A stretch of DNA of 63,968 bases, filler included, from Octopus bimaculoides (Eukaryota): the NCBI RefSeq assembly GCF_001194135.2. It is 5 parts of 5 records of this genome, joined end to end, with 100 filler letters (N's around TTAATTAATTAA, not from the genome) between each part and the next. Parts side by side here need not be neighbours in the genome. Positions count along the whole stretch, not along the records: positions 1 to 23,188 come from NC_069008.1; 4 more parts are not named here. The stretch is one strand, 5' to 3'. Of the stretch, positions 9,860-22,464 are shown one piece after another; the first letter of the stretch is position 1; each line of letters begins with the position of its first letter. The notes under the pieces are model-generated. The model was given only the letters and a program-made list of their open reading frames with translations, ran no database searches and was not told the origin of the DNA. The position numbers and the translations under genes were made by a program.

Positions 9860-10742
9860 TATATATATACATACATATGTATACTAGCAGGCCTTCTGGC
9901 TCAAGCATATTCATATGGCACATCTTGGCATATATCGTACTGCCCATTTTCCATACAATAGAAGTTGTTAAAAGGTATTTCAATATTGCAAAACATAATC
10001 TTTAACGTCATTTAAATTATTTACATTTGATGGATATTTATCCTCAACTTGTTTTATTGTTAACACAATGTTTCGGCTGATGTACTCCCCAGCCATCACC
10101 AGCCGTCCTGGACGAATTTCGAACCAGAGTTCTCATTCCTAAGGTATGAAGCCCCTAAACTGACCACAATCTGTCTACCCTATGTGAAAGGTCTCTCTGA
10201 AAAGATACAAGAGATATGTAATCCATATGGCATCAGGACAGTATTCAAGTGTAATACAACACTTCGCAAATATCGCCTTTGACTAGCAGTTTGAAGTGTG
10301 TCCATGTGTACGTATGTGTGTTGTGTGTATGTATGGGAGATACATACACACATATACTTATAGGGCCCTATTAATACAGATTTGTTTTCAAAAATCTCAA
10401 ATTCAAAATTTCGATTCCCCCCTCCCCATTTCTTCATTTTTTTCCGGAAATTTTTAGTCCAGATGGACTAAATGGTATACCAAATAATCTCGTTAAATCG
10501 TTTCGCATGTAATAATGGGATGCTTTCCATTTGGATTGTATCTTTTCGAAAATGACGTCAACATTTCAGTTTGGAAGTATTTTTCTGCTGGTAAAAGACA
10601 GGAAAATATCTTTCTTCCAATGTTTTTATGTGTTTTCACTTGTATAGGATGACTTATCGTTGACGAGTTCACATAATATCAATTCTATTATTTACACACA
10701 TTATTACAGATATATTATTTAAATAAATCTTCGTCAACTTAC
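9641..10742 (-). other. Predicted intron 1 of ZNF gene 2
   Basis: Donor ACG|GTAAGT at 10742 and acceptor TTTCAG at 9641, at homologous positions in genes 3 and 4. Confidence 0.55.
10018..10148 (-). mobile_element. Penelope-type terminal fragment with a degenerate hammerhead motif
   Basis: Minus strand CTGGTGA-TGGCTG...CAGCC-GAAACATT: hammerhead topology with a mutated core. Confidence 0.45.
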
Positions 10743-10812
10743 CGTTCCTCTAATTGAGTCACTCGGCGATCGATCAACAATAATATTGACACTCGGCGTG
10801 AAGTTGTTCCCC

Positions 10813-10818
10813 TTTATA
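10813..10818 (-). promoter_or_regulatory. TATA-like box of ZNF gene 2
   Basis: CATAACATATAAAGGGG conserved ~70-100 nt upstream of the shared splice donor in genes 2, 3 and 4. Confidence 0.45.
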
Positions 10819-10895
10819 TGTTATGTATTTCCTTCATTCTCCGATAGAGGGAGTAACAGGCTTACTAATTTAAACTTGTTAAACGCACTAATTGT

Positions 10896-11258
10896 GGAGG
10901 CGCAATGGCCCAGCGGTTAGGGCAGCGTACTCGCGGTTTCGATTCCCAGACCGAGCGTTGTGAGTGTTTATTGAGCGAAAACACCTAAAGCTCCACGAGG
11001 CTCCGGCAGGGGATGGTGGCGAACCCTGCTGTACTCTTTCACCACAACTTTCTCTCACTCTTACTTCCTGTTTCTGTTGTGCCCGTATTTCAAAGGGTCA
11101 GCCTTGTCACACTGAATATCCCCGAGAACTACGTTAAGGATACACGTGTCTGTGGAGTGCTCAGCCACTTGCACGTTAATTTCACGAGCAGGCTGTTCCG
11201 TTGATCGGATCGACTGGAACCCTCGACGTCGTAAGCGACGGAGTGCCAACAAACGCAC
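10896..11258 (+). mobile_element. tRNA-derived SINE, family C
   Basis: Head GGCGCAATGGCCCAGCGGTTAGGGC...GGTTTCGATTCCC; related copies at 36925-37088 and 58810-59110. Confidence 0.75.
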
Positions 11259-12597
11259 NNNNNNNNNNNNNNNNNNNNNNNNNNNNNNNNNNNNNNNNNN
11301 NNNNNNNNNNNNNNNNNNNNNNNNNNNNNNNNNNNNNNNNNNNNNNNNNNNNNNNNNNNNNNNNNNNNNNNNNNNNNNNNNNNNNNNNNNNNNNNNNNNN
11401 NNNNNNNNNNNNNNNNNNNNNNNNNNNNNNNNNNNNNNNNNNNNNNNNNNNNNNNNNNNNNNNNNNNNNNNNNNNNNNNNNNNNNNNNNNNNNNNNNNNN
11501 NNNNNNNNNNNNNNNNNNNNNNNNNNNNNNNNNNNNNNNNNNNNNNNNNNNNNNNNNNNNNNNNNNNNNNNNNNNNNNNNNNNNNNNNNNNNNNNNNNNN
11601 NNNNNNNNNNNNNNNNNNNNNNNNNNNNNNNNNNNNNNNNNNNNNNNNNNNNNNNNNNNNNNNNNNNNNNNNNNNNNNNNNNNNNNNNNNNNNNNNNNNN
11701 NNNNNNNNNNNNNNNNNNNNNNNNNNNNNNNNNNNNNNNNNNNNNNNNNNNNNNNNNNNNNNNNNNNNNNNNNNNNNNNNNNNNNNNNNNNNNNNNNNNN
11801 NNNNNNNNNNNNNNNNNNNNNNNNNNNNNNNNNNNNNNNNNNNNNNNNNNNNNNNNNNNNNNNNNNNNNNNNNNNNNNNNNNNNNNNNNNNNNNNNNNNN
11901 NNNNNNNNNNNNNNNNNNNNNNNNNNNNNNNNNNNNNNNNNNNNNNNNNNNNNNNNNNNNNNGGGGGGGGGGAAGTCTTTCCCAAGGAAATTCAGTGGGA
12001 AAAATCAAATTAACCTGATTCCTTTACTTTTTACTACGTAGTATTTTGTCAGACATTAAAGCCATCATTTCTGTAATCAACACAAATTTACCACTTTGTG
12101 TAAGTCCATATTTGACTCTTAGTGTTTCTATGCTGAGATTGTTCATTTGATTTCATAGAGTTCTCGTGGCTTAATACTCTGTCCATAACAGCAAACATGT
12201 GGTTAACAAAAAAAAAAAAAGAAGAAAAAAGAAAAAAAAAAAAAAGAAAAATTAACGCTATCTTAGACATGTCTTAACTCTCTGCTGTTATGTCCAGCAG
12301 TGGTGTATCTCATACCCCAGGTGATCTTTGTGTGCGTGGATCTTGCATCTGGCAGCAGTGACAGTGCTACCCATGCATGTAATCTCTTGACACACACCAC
12401 TGAGTTAATGCCCAAATCCACTCAGTTAATTGCAGAGTGATGAGAAGTGTACACACGTGTTATTTGCATCTGGGGTTGTGCATACCCCCACCATACCATT
12501 CACTGTACTACTTATCGACAGGCACATATTTTTGTTTCCTTCTCTTTCTTGTTGTTATTTTACTTATTTTTGTATCTGAAAAGCTGATTATTTCTTG

Positions 12598-13140
12598 CAT
12601 CATCATCATCATCGTTTAACGTTCGCTTTCCATGCTAGCATGGGTTGGACGACTTGACTGAGGATTGGTGAAACCGGATGGCAACACCAGGCTCCAATCT
12701 AAATTTGGCAGAGTTTCTACAGCTGGATGCCCTTCCTAACGCCAACCACTCAGAGAGTGTAGTAGGTGCTTTTNNNNNNNNNNNNNNNNNNNNNNNNNNN
12801 NNNNNNNNNNNNNNNNNNNNNNNNNNNNNNNNNNNNNNNNNNNNNNNNNNNNNNNNNNNNNNNNNNNNNNNNNNNNNNNNNNNNNNNNNNNNNNNNNNNN
12901 NNNNNNNNNNNNNNNNNNNNNNNNNNNNNNNNNGGGTCTTCTCATGCACAGCACATTTCCAAAGGTCTCGGTCAGTAGTCATCGCCTCGGTGAGGCCCAA
13001 TGTACGAAGGTCTTGCCTCACCACCTCAGCCCAGGTCTTCCTGGGCCTACCTCTTCCACGGGTTCCCTCAACTGTTAGGGTGTGGCACTTTTTCACGCAG
13101 CTATCCTCATCCATTCTCACCACATGTCCATCTCACCAAA
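12598..13140 (-). mobile_element. RTE-type LINE 3' end (ORF C-terminus, 3' UTR, (GAT)n tail)
   Basis: MVRMDEDSCVKKC...EGTRGRGRPRKTW...DRDLW is the typical RTE ORF C-terminus. Confidence 0.85.
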
Positions 13141-13216
13141 ATGATATATTATCGTCAACTGACCAACTTTTATTTATTTTTTTTTTTGTTATTAGATGGT
13201 TCTGGATGGTATTGTT

Positions 13217-13452
13217 ATAAATGGGACTGTAAGAAATATTCCAATGGATAATTGGTTTACAAGTTATGGACTTGCAGTCGATCTCTTGAAGAATTATAGA
13301 TTAACATAAGTTGGAACTCTGAAAAAGAACAAGATAGAACTTGCTCCACAGTTTGTTGCCACAAGAGGCAGAACTGAATACACAAGCTTGACTGGTTTCC
13401 AGAAGGATGTTACACTGACCTCATATGTTCCAAAGAATGTTGTCTGGTTATC
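13217..13452 (+). mobile_element. piggyBac transposase fragment (decayed)
   Basis: GTVRNIPMDNWFTSYGLAVDLLKNYRLT*VGTLKKNK...GFQKDVTLTSYVPKN matches the piggyBac DDD-domain DNxFTS / VGTxRKN motifs. Confidence 0.8.
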
Positions 13453-13936
13453 TTATTTATTGTACACAATAATTACATTACAACAAAGGCAGAGACATTT
13501 AGAACCCATTTTGACAATGTAGACTGGAATGAAGCTGGATCTGAACAGAACATCATATCTCTGTATATTGTAAGGGGTTGAAAAAGGGGCTACAAACAGA
13601 ATGCTGTCAGAAAACTGTACTTCAAACAAAGAACCATGAGGAGTATGGTTAAAGTGAAGGCTTTACACATTACTGTGAAGACCACAGGGCTAACTCGTGA
13701 TTTATCTGGAAAAGATGTGAAAATGCTGGTTCTTAAGGAATACAAGGAATTTTAAGAATGACATGGTCACACTTTTGTATGGATAGACATATGTTTAGTT
13801 AAGATACGTTTTTGAGAGAATGATTTATCACATGTATCACAGCGAAATGTCAGACTTTTGTATGGATAGACATATGTTTCGTTAAGTTGCAATTTTGAGA
13901 GAATGAATCACCACAAATATCACAGCTAAATGGCTT

Positions 13937-15385
13937 CTACCCTGTATGAATACATTTGTGTTTAGTTAAGTGAAAGCTTTGAGAGAATGATTTACCACAG
14001 AAGTCACAGTGAAATGGCTTTTCCCCTGTATGAACACGTTTGTGTACAATTAAGGTATCTCCGCGAGAGAATGATTTACCACAAGTATCACAGTCAAATG
14101 GCTTCTCCCCTGTATGAATACGTTTGTGCACAGTTAAGCTAGTTACCTGAGAGAATGATTTACCACAGGTATCACAGTGAAATGGCTTCACACCTGTATG
14201 AATAAGTTCGTGTTTAGTTAAGACATATCCAAGAGAGAATGATTTTCCACAAATATTACATTTAAATGGCTTCTCCCCTGTATGAAGACGTTTGTGTATA
14301 GTTAAGTTACTGTTAGCAGAGAATGATTTACCACAGACATCACAGTGAAATGGCTCCTCTCCTGTATGAATACGCTTGTGAGCAGTTAAGGGAGCTTTGT
14401 GAGAGAATGGTTTACCACACACATCACAGTGAAATGGTTTCTCCCCTGTATGAATACGTTTGTGTATAGTTAAGTTACTGTTAGCAGAGAATGATTTACC
14501 ACAGGTATCACAGTAAAATGGCTTCTCTCCTGTATGAATACGCTTGTGAGCAGTTAAGGGAGCTTTGTGAGAGAATGATTTACCACACACATCACAATGA
14601 AATGGCTTCTCCCCTGCATGAATATGCTTGTGTACTGTTAAGGCAGCTCTGTGAGAGAATGAATTCCAACAGATATTACAGTTAAATGGCTTCTCTCCTG
14701 TATGAATATATTTATGCACTGTTAAATGATTATTTGTAAAGAATGAATTACCGCAAACATCACAGCGAAATGGCTTCTCCCCTGTATGAATACGTTTATG
14801 CACAGTTAAGCCAGTTACCTGAGAGAATGATTTACTACAGGTATCACAGTGAAATGGCTTCTCTCCTGTATGAATACGTTTGTGGACAGTTAAGCTAGTT
14901 ACATAAGAGAATGATTTACCACAAACATTGCAGTGAAATGGCTTCTCACCTGTATGAATACGTTTGTGGACAGTTAAAGCAGAGCCATGAGAGAATGATT
15001 TACCACAGATATCACATGGAAATGGCTTCTCTCCAGTGTGACTACGTTTGTGTATAATTAGGGCAGAGCCATGAGAGAATGATTTACCACAAACGTCACA
15101 GTGCAGTGGCTTCTCTCCTGTATGTATACGTTTATGTACAGCCAAATTGTAATTTCCAGAAAATGAATTACCGCAAATATCACAGCGAAATGGGTTCTCC
15201 CCTGTATGAATACGTTTGTGTACAGTTAAGGAATTTAACTGAGAGAAAGATTTGCCACAAATATCACAGCAAAATGGCTTCTCCCCTGTATGAATACGCT
15301 TGTGAATATTTAGATTACCTTTCTGAGTGAAAGACTTTTCACAGATACCACACTGAAAAGCTGATTGTGGTTTCTCTTGTGACAT
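13937..15385 (-). CDS. Tandem C2H2 zinc-finger protein (ZNF gene 3), 482 aa, 17 fingers; an 18th in-frame finger follows the TAG (13850-13936)
   Basis: 28-aa C2H2 repeats with TGEKPF linkers. Confidence 0.95.
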   Translation of the reverse strand: MSQEKPQSAFQCGICEKSFTQKGNLNIHKRIHTGEKPFCCDICGKSFSQLNSLTVHKRIHTGENPFRCDICGNSFSGNYNLAVHKRIHTGEKPLHCDVCGKSFSHGSALIIHKRSHTGEKPFPCDICGKSFSHGSALTVHKRIHTGEKPFHCNVCGKSFSYVTSLTVHKRIHTGEKPFHCDTCSKSFSQVTGLTVHKRIHTGEKPFRCDVCGNSFFTNNHLTVHKYIHTGEKPFNCNICWNSFSHRAALTVHKHIHAGEKPFHCDVCGKSFSHKAPLTAHKRIHTGEKPFYCDTCGKSFSANSNLTIHKRIHTGEKPFHCDVCGKPFSHKAPLTAHKRIHTGEEPFHCDVCGKSFSANSNLTIHKRLHTGEKPFKCNICGKSFSLGYVLTKHELIHTGVKPFHCDTCGKSFSQVTSLTVHKRIHTGEKPFDCDTCGKSFSRGDTLIVHKRVHTGEKPFHCDFCGKSFSQSFHLTKHKCIHTG

Positions 15386-15812
15386 CTCTTCAGAATAAGA
15401 ATATATTCTTCAACTATCTTAAATAATCAATTTGTCCATTATCTTACTTCAATCAACACAACATATATGGATACAGTTTTTGTTCTTGTCCTACAGATTA
15501 TTCCTAATAAATACTGCTATTGCTCTCTTTCCATCAACAGTAATCCTTCTTAATGTCTGAAAATACTCAGAGATTCCTTTTAAAATTATCCAAATTTAAA
15601 TTCATTACAAAAGAATCTTGTAGACATTCCAAATATTTCACAAGAGAAATGTTGCTATCAATCTCAGTTGAGAAGAAATATTTCACTGGAATTCTCTGGA
15701 GTTATTAAATCTCTTCTGTACAATATTTTCTGACAGTCTTTTAAAGGTGATGAATATTAATGATGTTATCTGATGGAAATGATGCTTTGATGCCAATGTC
15801 ATGTGATATTCT

Positions 15813-16709
15813 CTGAAATGAAAGAGAGAGAGAACAGTCTAAGATATAGAGGACACTTTGAGAAAAAGAAATTAAAAACAGTGGATCACTACTAACAACC
15901 ACATCACCACTATGTTGGTTATGGAATACCAATGCGATTTTTAAGACTGTGCCTCTCAAAACATGTGTACAGATATATGAATGGGTCTCGTATTCATAAG
16001 GCACTTATCATAAGTGAGGATTTTTTCAATATTTTTCTTCCCTAACAGGAATATCGCTGTTATTTAAGCCAAAAATTCTGAATCTTCATATTCTAAGTTG
16101 TGATTTTCAAAATTAAAATTTTTTTTTTATTTTTACATATTTATAAAAATTCCCGTCTGGAGAACAGAAATTCACAAAATGGTAAAAGTTATGAGAGGCG
16201 ATATGGGGGTGCTGCATCCAGGATTTCACTGGATAGGAAACACTTGAATCTACAAAAACCAGACATAAACTATCAATGAACGACAAAGAAAGATATGTCC
16301 CGCTTGTTCAAGTCATTTCTTCCCTGAGTTTCCACTAACGAACAGACACTATTGTACATATATACACAAACTTATAGTGCCCTATTAACACGGATTTGTC
16401 AAAAGCGATAATAACTGGTATATAAAATAATCCGTCTCGTTATATCGTCCACATGTAACAATGGGATTTTTCCCATTTGGATTGTGCCTTTTCGGAAATG
16501 TCAGATCAACATTTCGGTTTGGAAATATTATCCTTTAAGTAAAATTTAGCAAAACCACGATTGGCAGGAGTAAAAATCTTTGTTCCAATACTGTTGTTTT
16601 CACTTGTATAGAATTACTGTATCGTTGATGAGTTCACACAAAAACACTTCTATTATTTACACACATTATTACAGATTTATTATCATTCAAGCAAATCTTG
16701 TCACCTTAC
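15813..16709 (-). other. Predicted intron 1 of ZNF gene 3
   Basis: Donor ACG|GTAAGG at 16709; polypyrimidine tract plus TTTCAG acceptor at 15813. Confidence 0.55.
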
Positions 16710-16802
16710 CGTTCGTCACATGGAATCAGTCAATGCCCGATTACAGATTAGATCTAAGTCACTAGAATGACGTACGTTGTTCTCGGTGTGAAGTTGTTCC
16801 CC

Positions 16803-16808
16803 TTTATA
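16803..16808 (-). promoter_or_regulatory. TATA-like box of ZNF gene 3
   Basis: Conserved CATAACATATAAAGGGG upstream of the donor. Confidence 0.45.
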
Positions 16809-17571
16809 TGTTATGTATTTCCTTCATTCTCCGATAGAGGAAGAAACAGGCTTACTAATTAAAACTTGTTAAAAGCACTAATTAAAAGTGTAAAAGTATC
16901 TAAAACGGAAAATCACATAAATATGTGTAAATATGAAATGACTTATATGTAGAAATCCAGTTGCAATTGAATAAAAATAAAACTAACAATAAGTCCTTTA
17001 CACTTTACTCCTTAATATTTTGTCAGATATAGAAGCCACTGTTTCCCATCGTCTCTGCAATCAATACAATGTTTACCACTTCGTTTAAGTACATATTTGA
17101 TGTTCAAAATTTCTCTTAGTGTTTCTATGCTTAGGCTGTTCATTTGATTTCATAAAATTCATGTGGCTTAATACTCTGTCCACATCAGCAAGCGTATTTT
17201 GTTACAAAAAAATAATAATGCTATATTAAACGTATGCTTCGGTCCAGCGGTGGTGTATCTTATACCCCAGGTGATATTTCTGTACGTGTATCTTACATTT
17301 GGCAGTAGTAACAGTGTTACCCATGCATGTAATGTCTTGGTACGCTCCACTGAGTTAATGATTATGAGATGTGTACACACATGTTATTTGTGTCTGTAGT
17401 TGTGCATACCCCCCATATAAATGATTTTTCCATATAAATCATTTCATATTTACACATATTTATGCGATTTTCCGTTTTAGATACTTTTACACTTTTAATT
17501 AGTGCTTTTAACAAGTTTTAATTAGTAAGCCTGTTTCTCCCTCTCGCGAGGAATGGAGGAAATGCATAACA

Positions 17572-17577
17572 TATAAA
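17572..17577 (+). promoter_or_regulatory. TATA-like box of ZNF gene 4
   Basis: Conserved CATAACATATAAAGGGG ~95 nt upstream of donor CG|GTAAGT at 17670. Confidence 0.45.
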
Positions 17578-17669
17578 GGGGAACAACTTCATAACAAGTA
17601 CAAAGTACATCATTTAACGACTTCGATATAATTGTTAATCGGACACTGACTGATTCCATGTGACGATCG

Positions 17670-18030
17670 GTAAGTTGACAAAGATTTACGTGAATAATAA
17701 TAATAATAAATCTGTAATAATGTGTGTAAATAAATCGAAATGTCATTTTGTGAACCCGCCAACGATTCAGTAATTCTATACAAATGAAAAGAACAGTATT
17801 GGAACAAAGATTTTTACTCCTGTCATCGTCGTTTTGCAAAATTTTACCTAAAGGATGGATAATATTTCCAAACTGAAATGTTGATCTGACATTTCCGAAA
17901 AGGCACAATCCAAGTGGAAAAGATCCCATTGTTACATGTGAACGATATAACGAGACGGATTATTTTATATACCAGTTATTATCGCTTTTGACAAATCCGT
18001 GCTAATAGGGCACTATAAGTTTGTGTGTAC

Positions 18031-18084
<54 letters not shown>

Positions 18085-18529
18085 NNNNNNNNNNNNNNNN
18101 NNNNNNNNNNNNNNNNNNNNNNNNNNNNNNNNNNNNNNNNNNNNNNNNNNNNNNNNTATATGTACAGTAGTGTCCGTTAGTGGAAACGCAGGGAAGAAAT
18201 GACATGAAGAAGCGGGACATAGCTTTCTTTGTCGTTCATGGATAGTTTATGTCTGGTTTCTCTAGATTCAAGTGCTTCCCATCCATGAATACCTTTGAGC
18301 CACGAAGACCCACTAGTATACTTATATATATATATATATATTTACACCCAGACCCATTCATATATATGTACATACACATGTTTTGAGAGGCACGGTCTTA
18401 ACAATCTCATTTGTATTCCCAAACCAACATAGTGGTGATGTGGGTGTTAGTAGTGATCCACTGTTTTTAATCTCTCTTTTTCAAAGTGTCCTCTCTATCT
18501 TAGACTGTTGTTTCTCTCTTTTATTTCAG
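17670..18529 (+). other. Predicted intron 1 of ZNF gene 4
   Basis: GTAAGT donor at 17670; TTTCTCTCTTTTATTTCAG acceptor ending at 18529. Confidence 0.55.
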
Positions 18530-18957
18530 AGAATATCACATGTAATTGGCATGAAAGCATTGTTTCCATCAGATGACATCATCAATATTCACCACCTTTT
18601 AAAGACTGAAAGAAAATATTGTACAGAAGAGATTTAAGAACTCCAGAGAATTCCAGTGAAATATTTCTTCTCAACTGAGACTGATTGCAACGCTTCTCTT
18701 GTGAAATGTTTGGAATGTCTTCAAGATTATTTTGTACTGAAGTTAGACTTCATTAACTTTAAAAGGAATCTTAGAGTGTTTTCGGATATCAAGAAGGATT
18801 ACAGTTGATGGAAAGAGAGCAGTTGCTATAATTTGTTAAGAATAAGTTGTAGGACAAGAACAAAAATTATATCCACATATGTTGGGAAGAGTGAAATAAA
18901 AAAATAGACGGACAGGTTATTTAAGATAGTTGAAGAATATAATTTTATTCTGAAGAG

Positions 18958-20325
18958 ATGTCACAAAAGAAACCACAATCAACATATCAGTGTGATATCT
19001 GTAAAAAGACTTTCGCTCATAAATGTAATCTAACTACTCACAGGCGTATTCACACAGGAGAGAAGCCATTTCACTGTGATATCTGTGATAAATCATTCTC
19101 TCAGAGAACTACCTTAGCTTTACACAAACGTATTCATACAGGGGAGAAGCCATTTCACTGTGATGTCTGTGGGAAATCATTTTCTTATGTATCTGGCTTA
19201 ACTGTACACAAACGTATTCATACGGGAGAGAAGCCATTTCACTGTGATATCTGTAGTAAATCATTCTCTCAAGGAACAGCCTTAACTGCACACAAACGTA
19301 TTCATACAGGAGAGAAGCCATTTCGCTGTGATATCTGTGGTAAATCATTCTCGCGAGTATATAACTTAACAGTACACAAACCTATTCATACAGGGGAGAA
19401 ACCATTTCGGTGTGATATCTGTGGCACATCATTCTCTTATGTAACTGGCTTAACTGTACACAAGCGTATTCATACAGGGGAGAAACCGTTTCAGTGTGAT
19501 ATCTGTGGGAGATCATTCTCTCAGATAATTGCCTTAACCGTACACAAACGTATTCACACAGGAGAGAAGCCATTTCACTGTGGTATTTGTGGTAAATCAT
19601 TCTCTTACAAGTATCTCTTAATGGATCATTGTCGTATTCATACAGGTGAAAAACCATTACACTGTGGTATCTGTGGTAAATCATTCTCCGTAAAAAGCAG
19701 CTTAATTGCTCACAAACGTATTCACACAGGAGAGAAGCCATTTCAGTGTGATATCTGTGGTAAATCTTTCTTGAGAAGCAATAATTTAACTAGACACAAA
19801 CTTGTTCATACAGGAGAGAAGCCATTTCGCTGTGATATTTGTGGTAAATCATTCTCTATTGATTATGTCTTCATTCGTCATCAACGTATTCATACAGGTG
19901 AAAAACCATTTCGCTGTGATATCTGTGGGAGGTCGTTCGCTGTCAAAACCAGCTTAACTTCTCACAAACGTATTCACACAGGAGAGAGGCCATTTCATTG
20001 TGATGTCTGTGGTAAATCATACTTTACAAGCAGTAATTTAGCTAGTCACAAACTTATTCACAGAGGAGAGAAGCCACTTCACTGTGACGTCTGTGGTAAA
20101 TCATTCTCTTTTAATTATCTCTTAATTGACCATCATCGTATTCATACAGGAGAAAAACCATTTTGCTGTGATATCTGTGGCAGATCATTTTCTATAAAAC
20201 GCACCTTAACAAGTCACAAACGTATTCACACAGGTGAGAGGCCATTTCAGTGTGATATCTGTGGTAAATCATTCTCTCAAAAGTGTAACTTAACTCAACA
20301 TCTATCTGTCCATACAAAAGTGTGA
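18958..20325 (+). CDS. Tandem C2H2 zinc-finger protein (ZNF gene 4), 455 aa, 16 fingers, intact to the HTKV terminus
   Basis: 28-aa C2H2 repeats; 3' flank homologous to that of gene 3. Confidence 0.95.
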   Translation: MSQKKPQSTYQCDICKKTFAHKCNLTTHRRIHTGEKPFHCDICDKSFSQRTTLALHKRIHTGEKPFHCDVCGKSFSYVSGLTVHKRIHTGEKPFHCDICSKSFSQGTALTAHKRIHTGEKPFRCDICGKSFSRVYNLTVHKPIHTGEKPFRCDICGTSFSYVTGLTVHKRIHTGEKPFQCDICGRSFSQIIALTVHKRIHTGEKPFHCGICGKSFSYKYLLMDHCRIHTGEKPLHCGICGKSFSVKSSLIAHKRIHTGEKPFQCDICGKSFLRSNNLTRHKLVHTGEKPFRCDICGKSFSIDYVFIRHQRIHTGEKPFRCDICGRSFAVKTSLTSHKRIHTGERPFHCDVCGKSYFTSSNLASHKLIHRGEKPLHCDVCGKSFSFNYLLIDHHRIHTGEKPFCCDICGRSFSIKRTLTSHKRIHTGERPFQCDICGKSFSQKCNLTQHLSVHTKV

Positions 20326-21190
20326 CTATGCCATTGTCAAAATTCATTGCGTCTCTGAAGAACCGGCAATTTCACATCTGTAAAGCCTTCACTTGAATCA
20401 TACTCATCATTGTTCTTTTTATGAGGTACTATTTTCTGACCACATTCTGTGTTTGTAGCCCTTTTAAAAGCCTGTTACAACATACACAGATATGATGTTC
20501 TGTTTATATCCAGCAAAAAAAGCATGCAAAAATAAACTTTATTTTCCATCTTACTGTTAGTTTGGTTTCATTTTGAATTATATATGTAGGGGCACCAAAA
20601 TCTTTTAAGTGCTTAGGCCTCTATGGGTCCTTCTCCAGCCCTCATCATGTTGATCTCCATGGCAACGGAGATTAGCACACATGAAATGTCAGCAAGGGGA
20701 ACCTTTTGATTGGATAAAATTTACATAAATTTAAATGAATGCATTTTTTTTTTTTCCATCCATTTCTCAGAAATGTGAAAAAGATTTTGATAGTCAGCAT
20801 GCAAAACTCCATCAGTTCTACAAATTTTGAAAAGAATCCCGTGAAAACTTGAAAAATATTTCCAATGGCTGAAATTAATTTAAGAATTTAATGAGATCAC
20901 CATCATAATCATTGTAAGGTAGTATGGTATACAAGTGTCTTGGCATCTATATATTCATCAGATGTACCTGCCATGGCTCACTGGGTCTCAACATCTCCAA
21001 CTGGAAAATGTTGATGTGCAGTGGGAAAGGAAAAAGTACTATTCTGATCTTCACGCAATAAACGTCTAAAATACTGCGGTTCTCCTGCTTTTGCTGTGAC
21101 AACATAAACATGACCGTTCTTTGTTCCTACTGTTCCAAGGGAAATACATGGGTACTTCAACATAAAGTAATGTTTTAGCAAAGTCATCAT

Positions 21191-21410
21191 TGGCCGTTGC
21201 CAGTACCGCCTGACTGGCCCTCGTGTGGGTGACATGTAAAAAAAGCACCCACTACACTCTCTGAGTGGTTGGCGTTAGGAAGGGCATCCAGCTGTAGAAA
21301 CTCTGCCAAATCAGATTGGAACCTGGTGTAGCCATTTGGTTCACCAGTCCCCAGTCAAATCGTCCAACCCATGCTAGCATGGAAAGCGGACGTTAAACGA
21401 TGATGATGAT
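21191..21410 (+). mobile_element. RTE-type LINE 3' end
   Basis: Reverse complement of 5402-5582; ends in (GAT)n. Confidence 0.8.
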
Positions 21411-21453
21411 TGATGCACAATGAAAAGAAGTCTGTCAATGTTATTCTCTAATT

Positions 21454-21608
21454 CATCATCATTTAACGTCCACTTTCCATGCTAGCATGGGTTGGACGAT
21501 TTGACTGAGGACTGGTGAAACCAGATGGCTACACCAGGCTCCAATCTAACTTGGCAGAGTTTCTACAGCTGGATGCCCTTCCTAACGCCAACCACTCAGA
21601 GAGTGTAG
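21454..21608 (-). mobile_element. RTE-type LINE 3' end, tail-to-tail with the previous copy
   Basis: Same family in the opposite orientation. Confidence 0.8.
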
Positions 21609-21740
21609 ACAGCCATATATTATTTCTGAGCAATATTCTTTGTTCATCTGGCAGATGCACTTGCAGTCTTGCTATTTAGATACTCTTTCATGAACTGAAA
21701 ATCCTAAAATGGATGCAACTGCTTCAGATGATCCCATACA

Positions 21741-21848
21741 TCCACTCATTAGATATTGACTAATTTTGCTAGCATCATTTGAACAGCATCTTAGTCCACT
21801 CATTAGATATTGACTAATTTTGCTAGAATTATTTGAACAGCATTTTGG
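21741..21848. repeat. 54-bp direct tandem duplication
   Basis: TCCACTCATTAGATATTGACTAATTTTGCTAG...GAACAGCAT occurs twice (21741-21794 and 21795-21848). Confidence 0.9.
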
Positions 21849-22300
21849 TCATTTCCTTTCAGCATGTACTTGATGATATACTTAATTTACCTCACTGTGA
21901 CAAAGATTTCAACATTGCAGTGGCATTTGAATGCTCTTAAAAGAGTTTCATTGTGAGAAACAACCTCTTGTTCCATTCTTTGGAGATTCAACTCCTCCCA
22001 TCGCAACTGATCTGCATCTATACAGAGATAGTCTCTCTTCTTTTCTGCGTCGGGATTAAAGTGATAAAAATTAATATTTTATTTTGAAGGAAAAAAAAAC
22101 AGCAACAACAACAACAACAAAAGGACTCGTGATTCAAAAATATCTCATACAAATACAGGGAGAATTTCTATCTTTGAAGTTTAGGGAACTCACAAACAAG
22201 CAAGTTAAAAAAAAAAAAAAAGACAGTCTACGGTAGCTGGCTCTCTGAAGTGTCGAGATTTTCAACTTGATATTTTCTGGGTTTTTTTAAGTGGGTCCTT

Positions 22301-22385
22301 AGGTAAGTGTCTTCTACTATAGCCTTGGGCCGACCAAGGCGTTTTGTGAGTGGATTTGGTAGACGGGGATGGAAAGAAGCCCGTC

Positions 22386-22464
<79 letters not shown>

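Larger units (their letters stand above)
16215..18300. repeat. Inverted repeat (arms ~16215-16966 and ~17425-18300, ~460-bp spacer) between divergent ZNF genes 3 and 4
   Basis: For example, 16368-16440 is the near-perfect reverse complement of 17942-18022. Confidence 0.9.
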
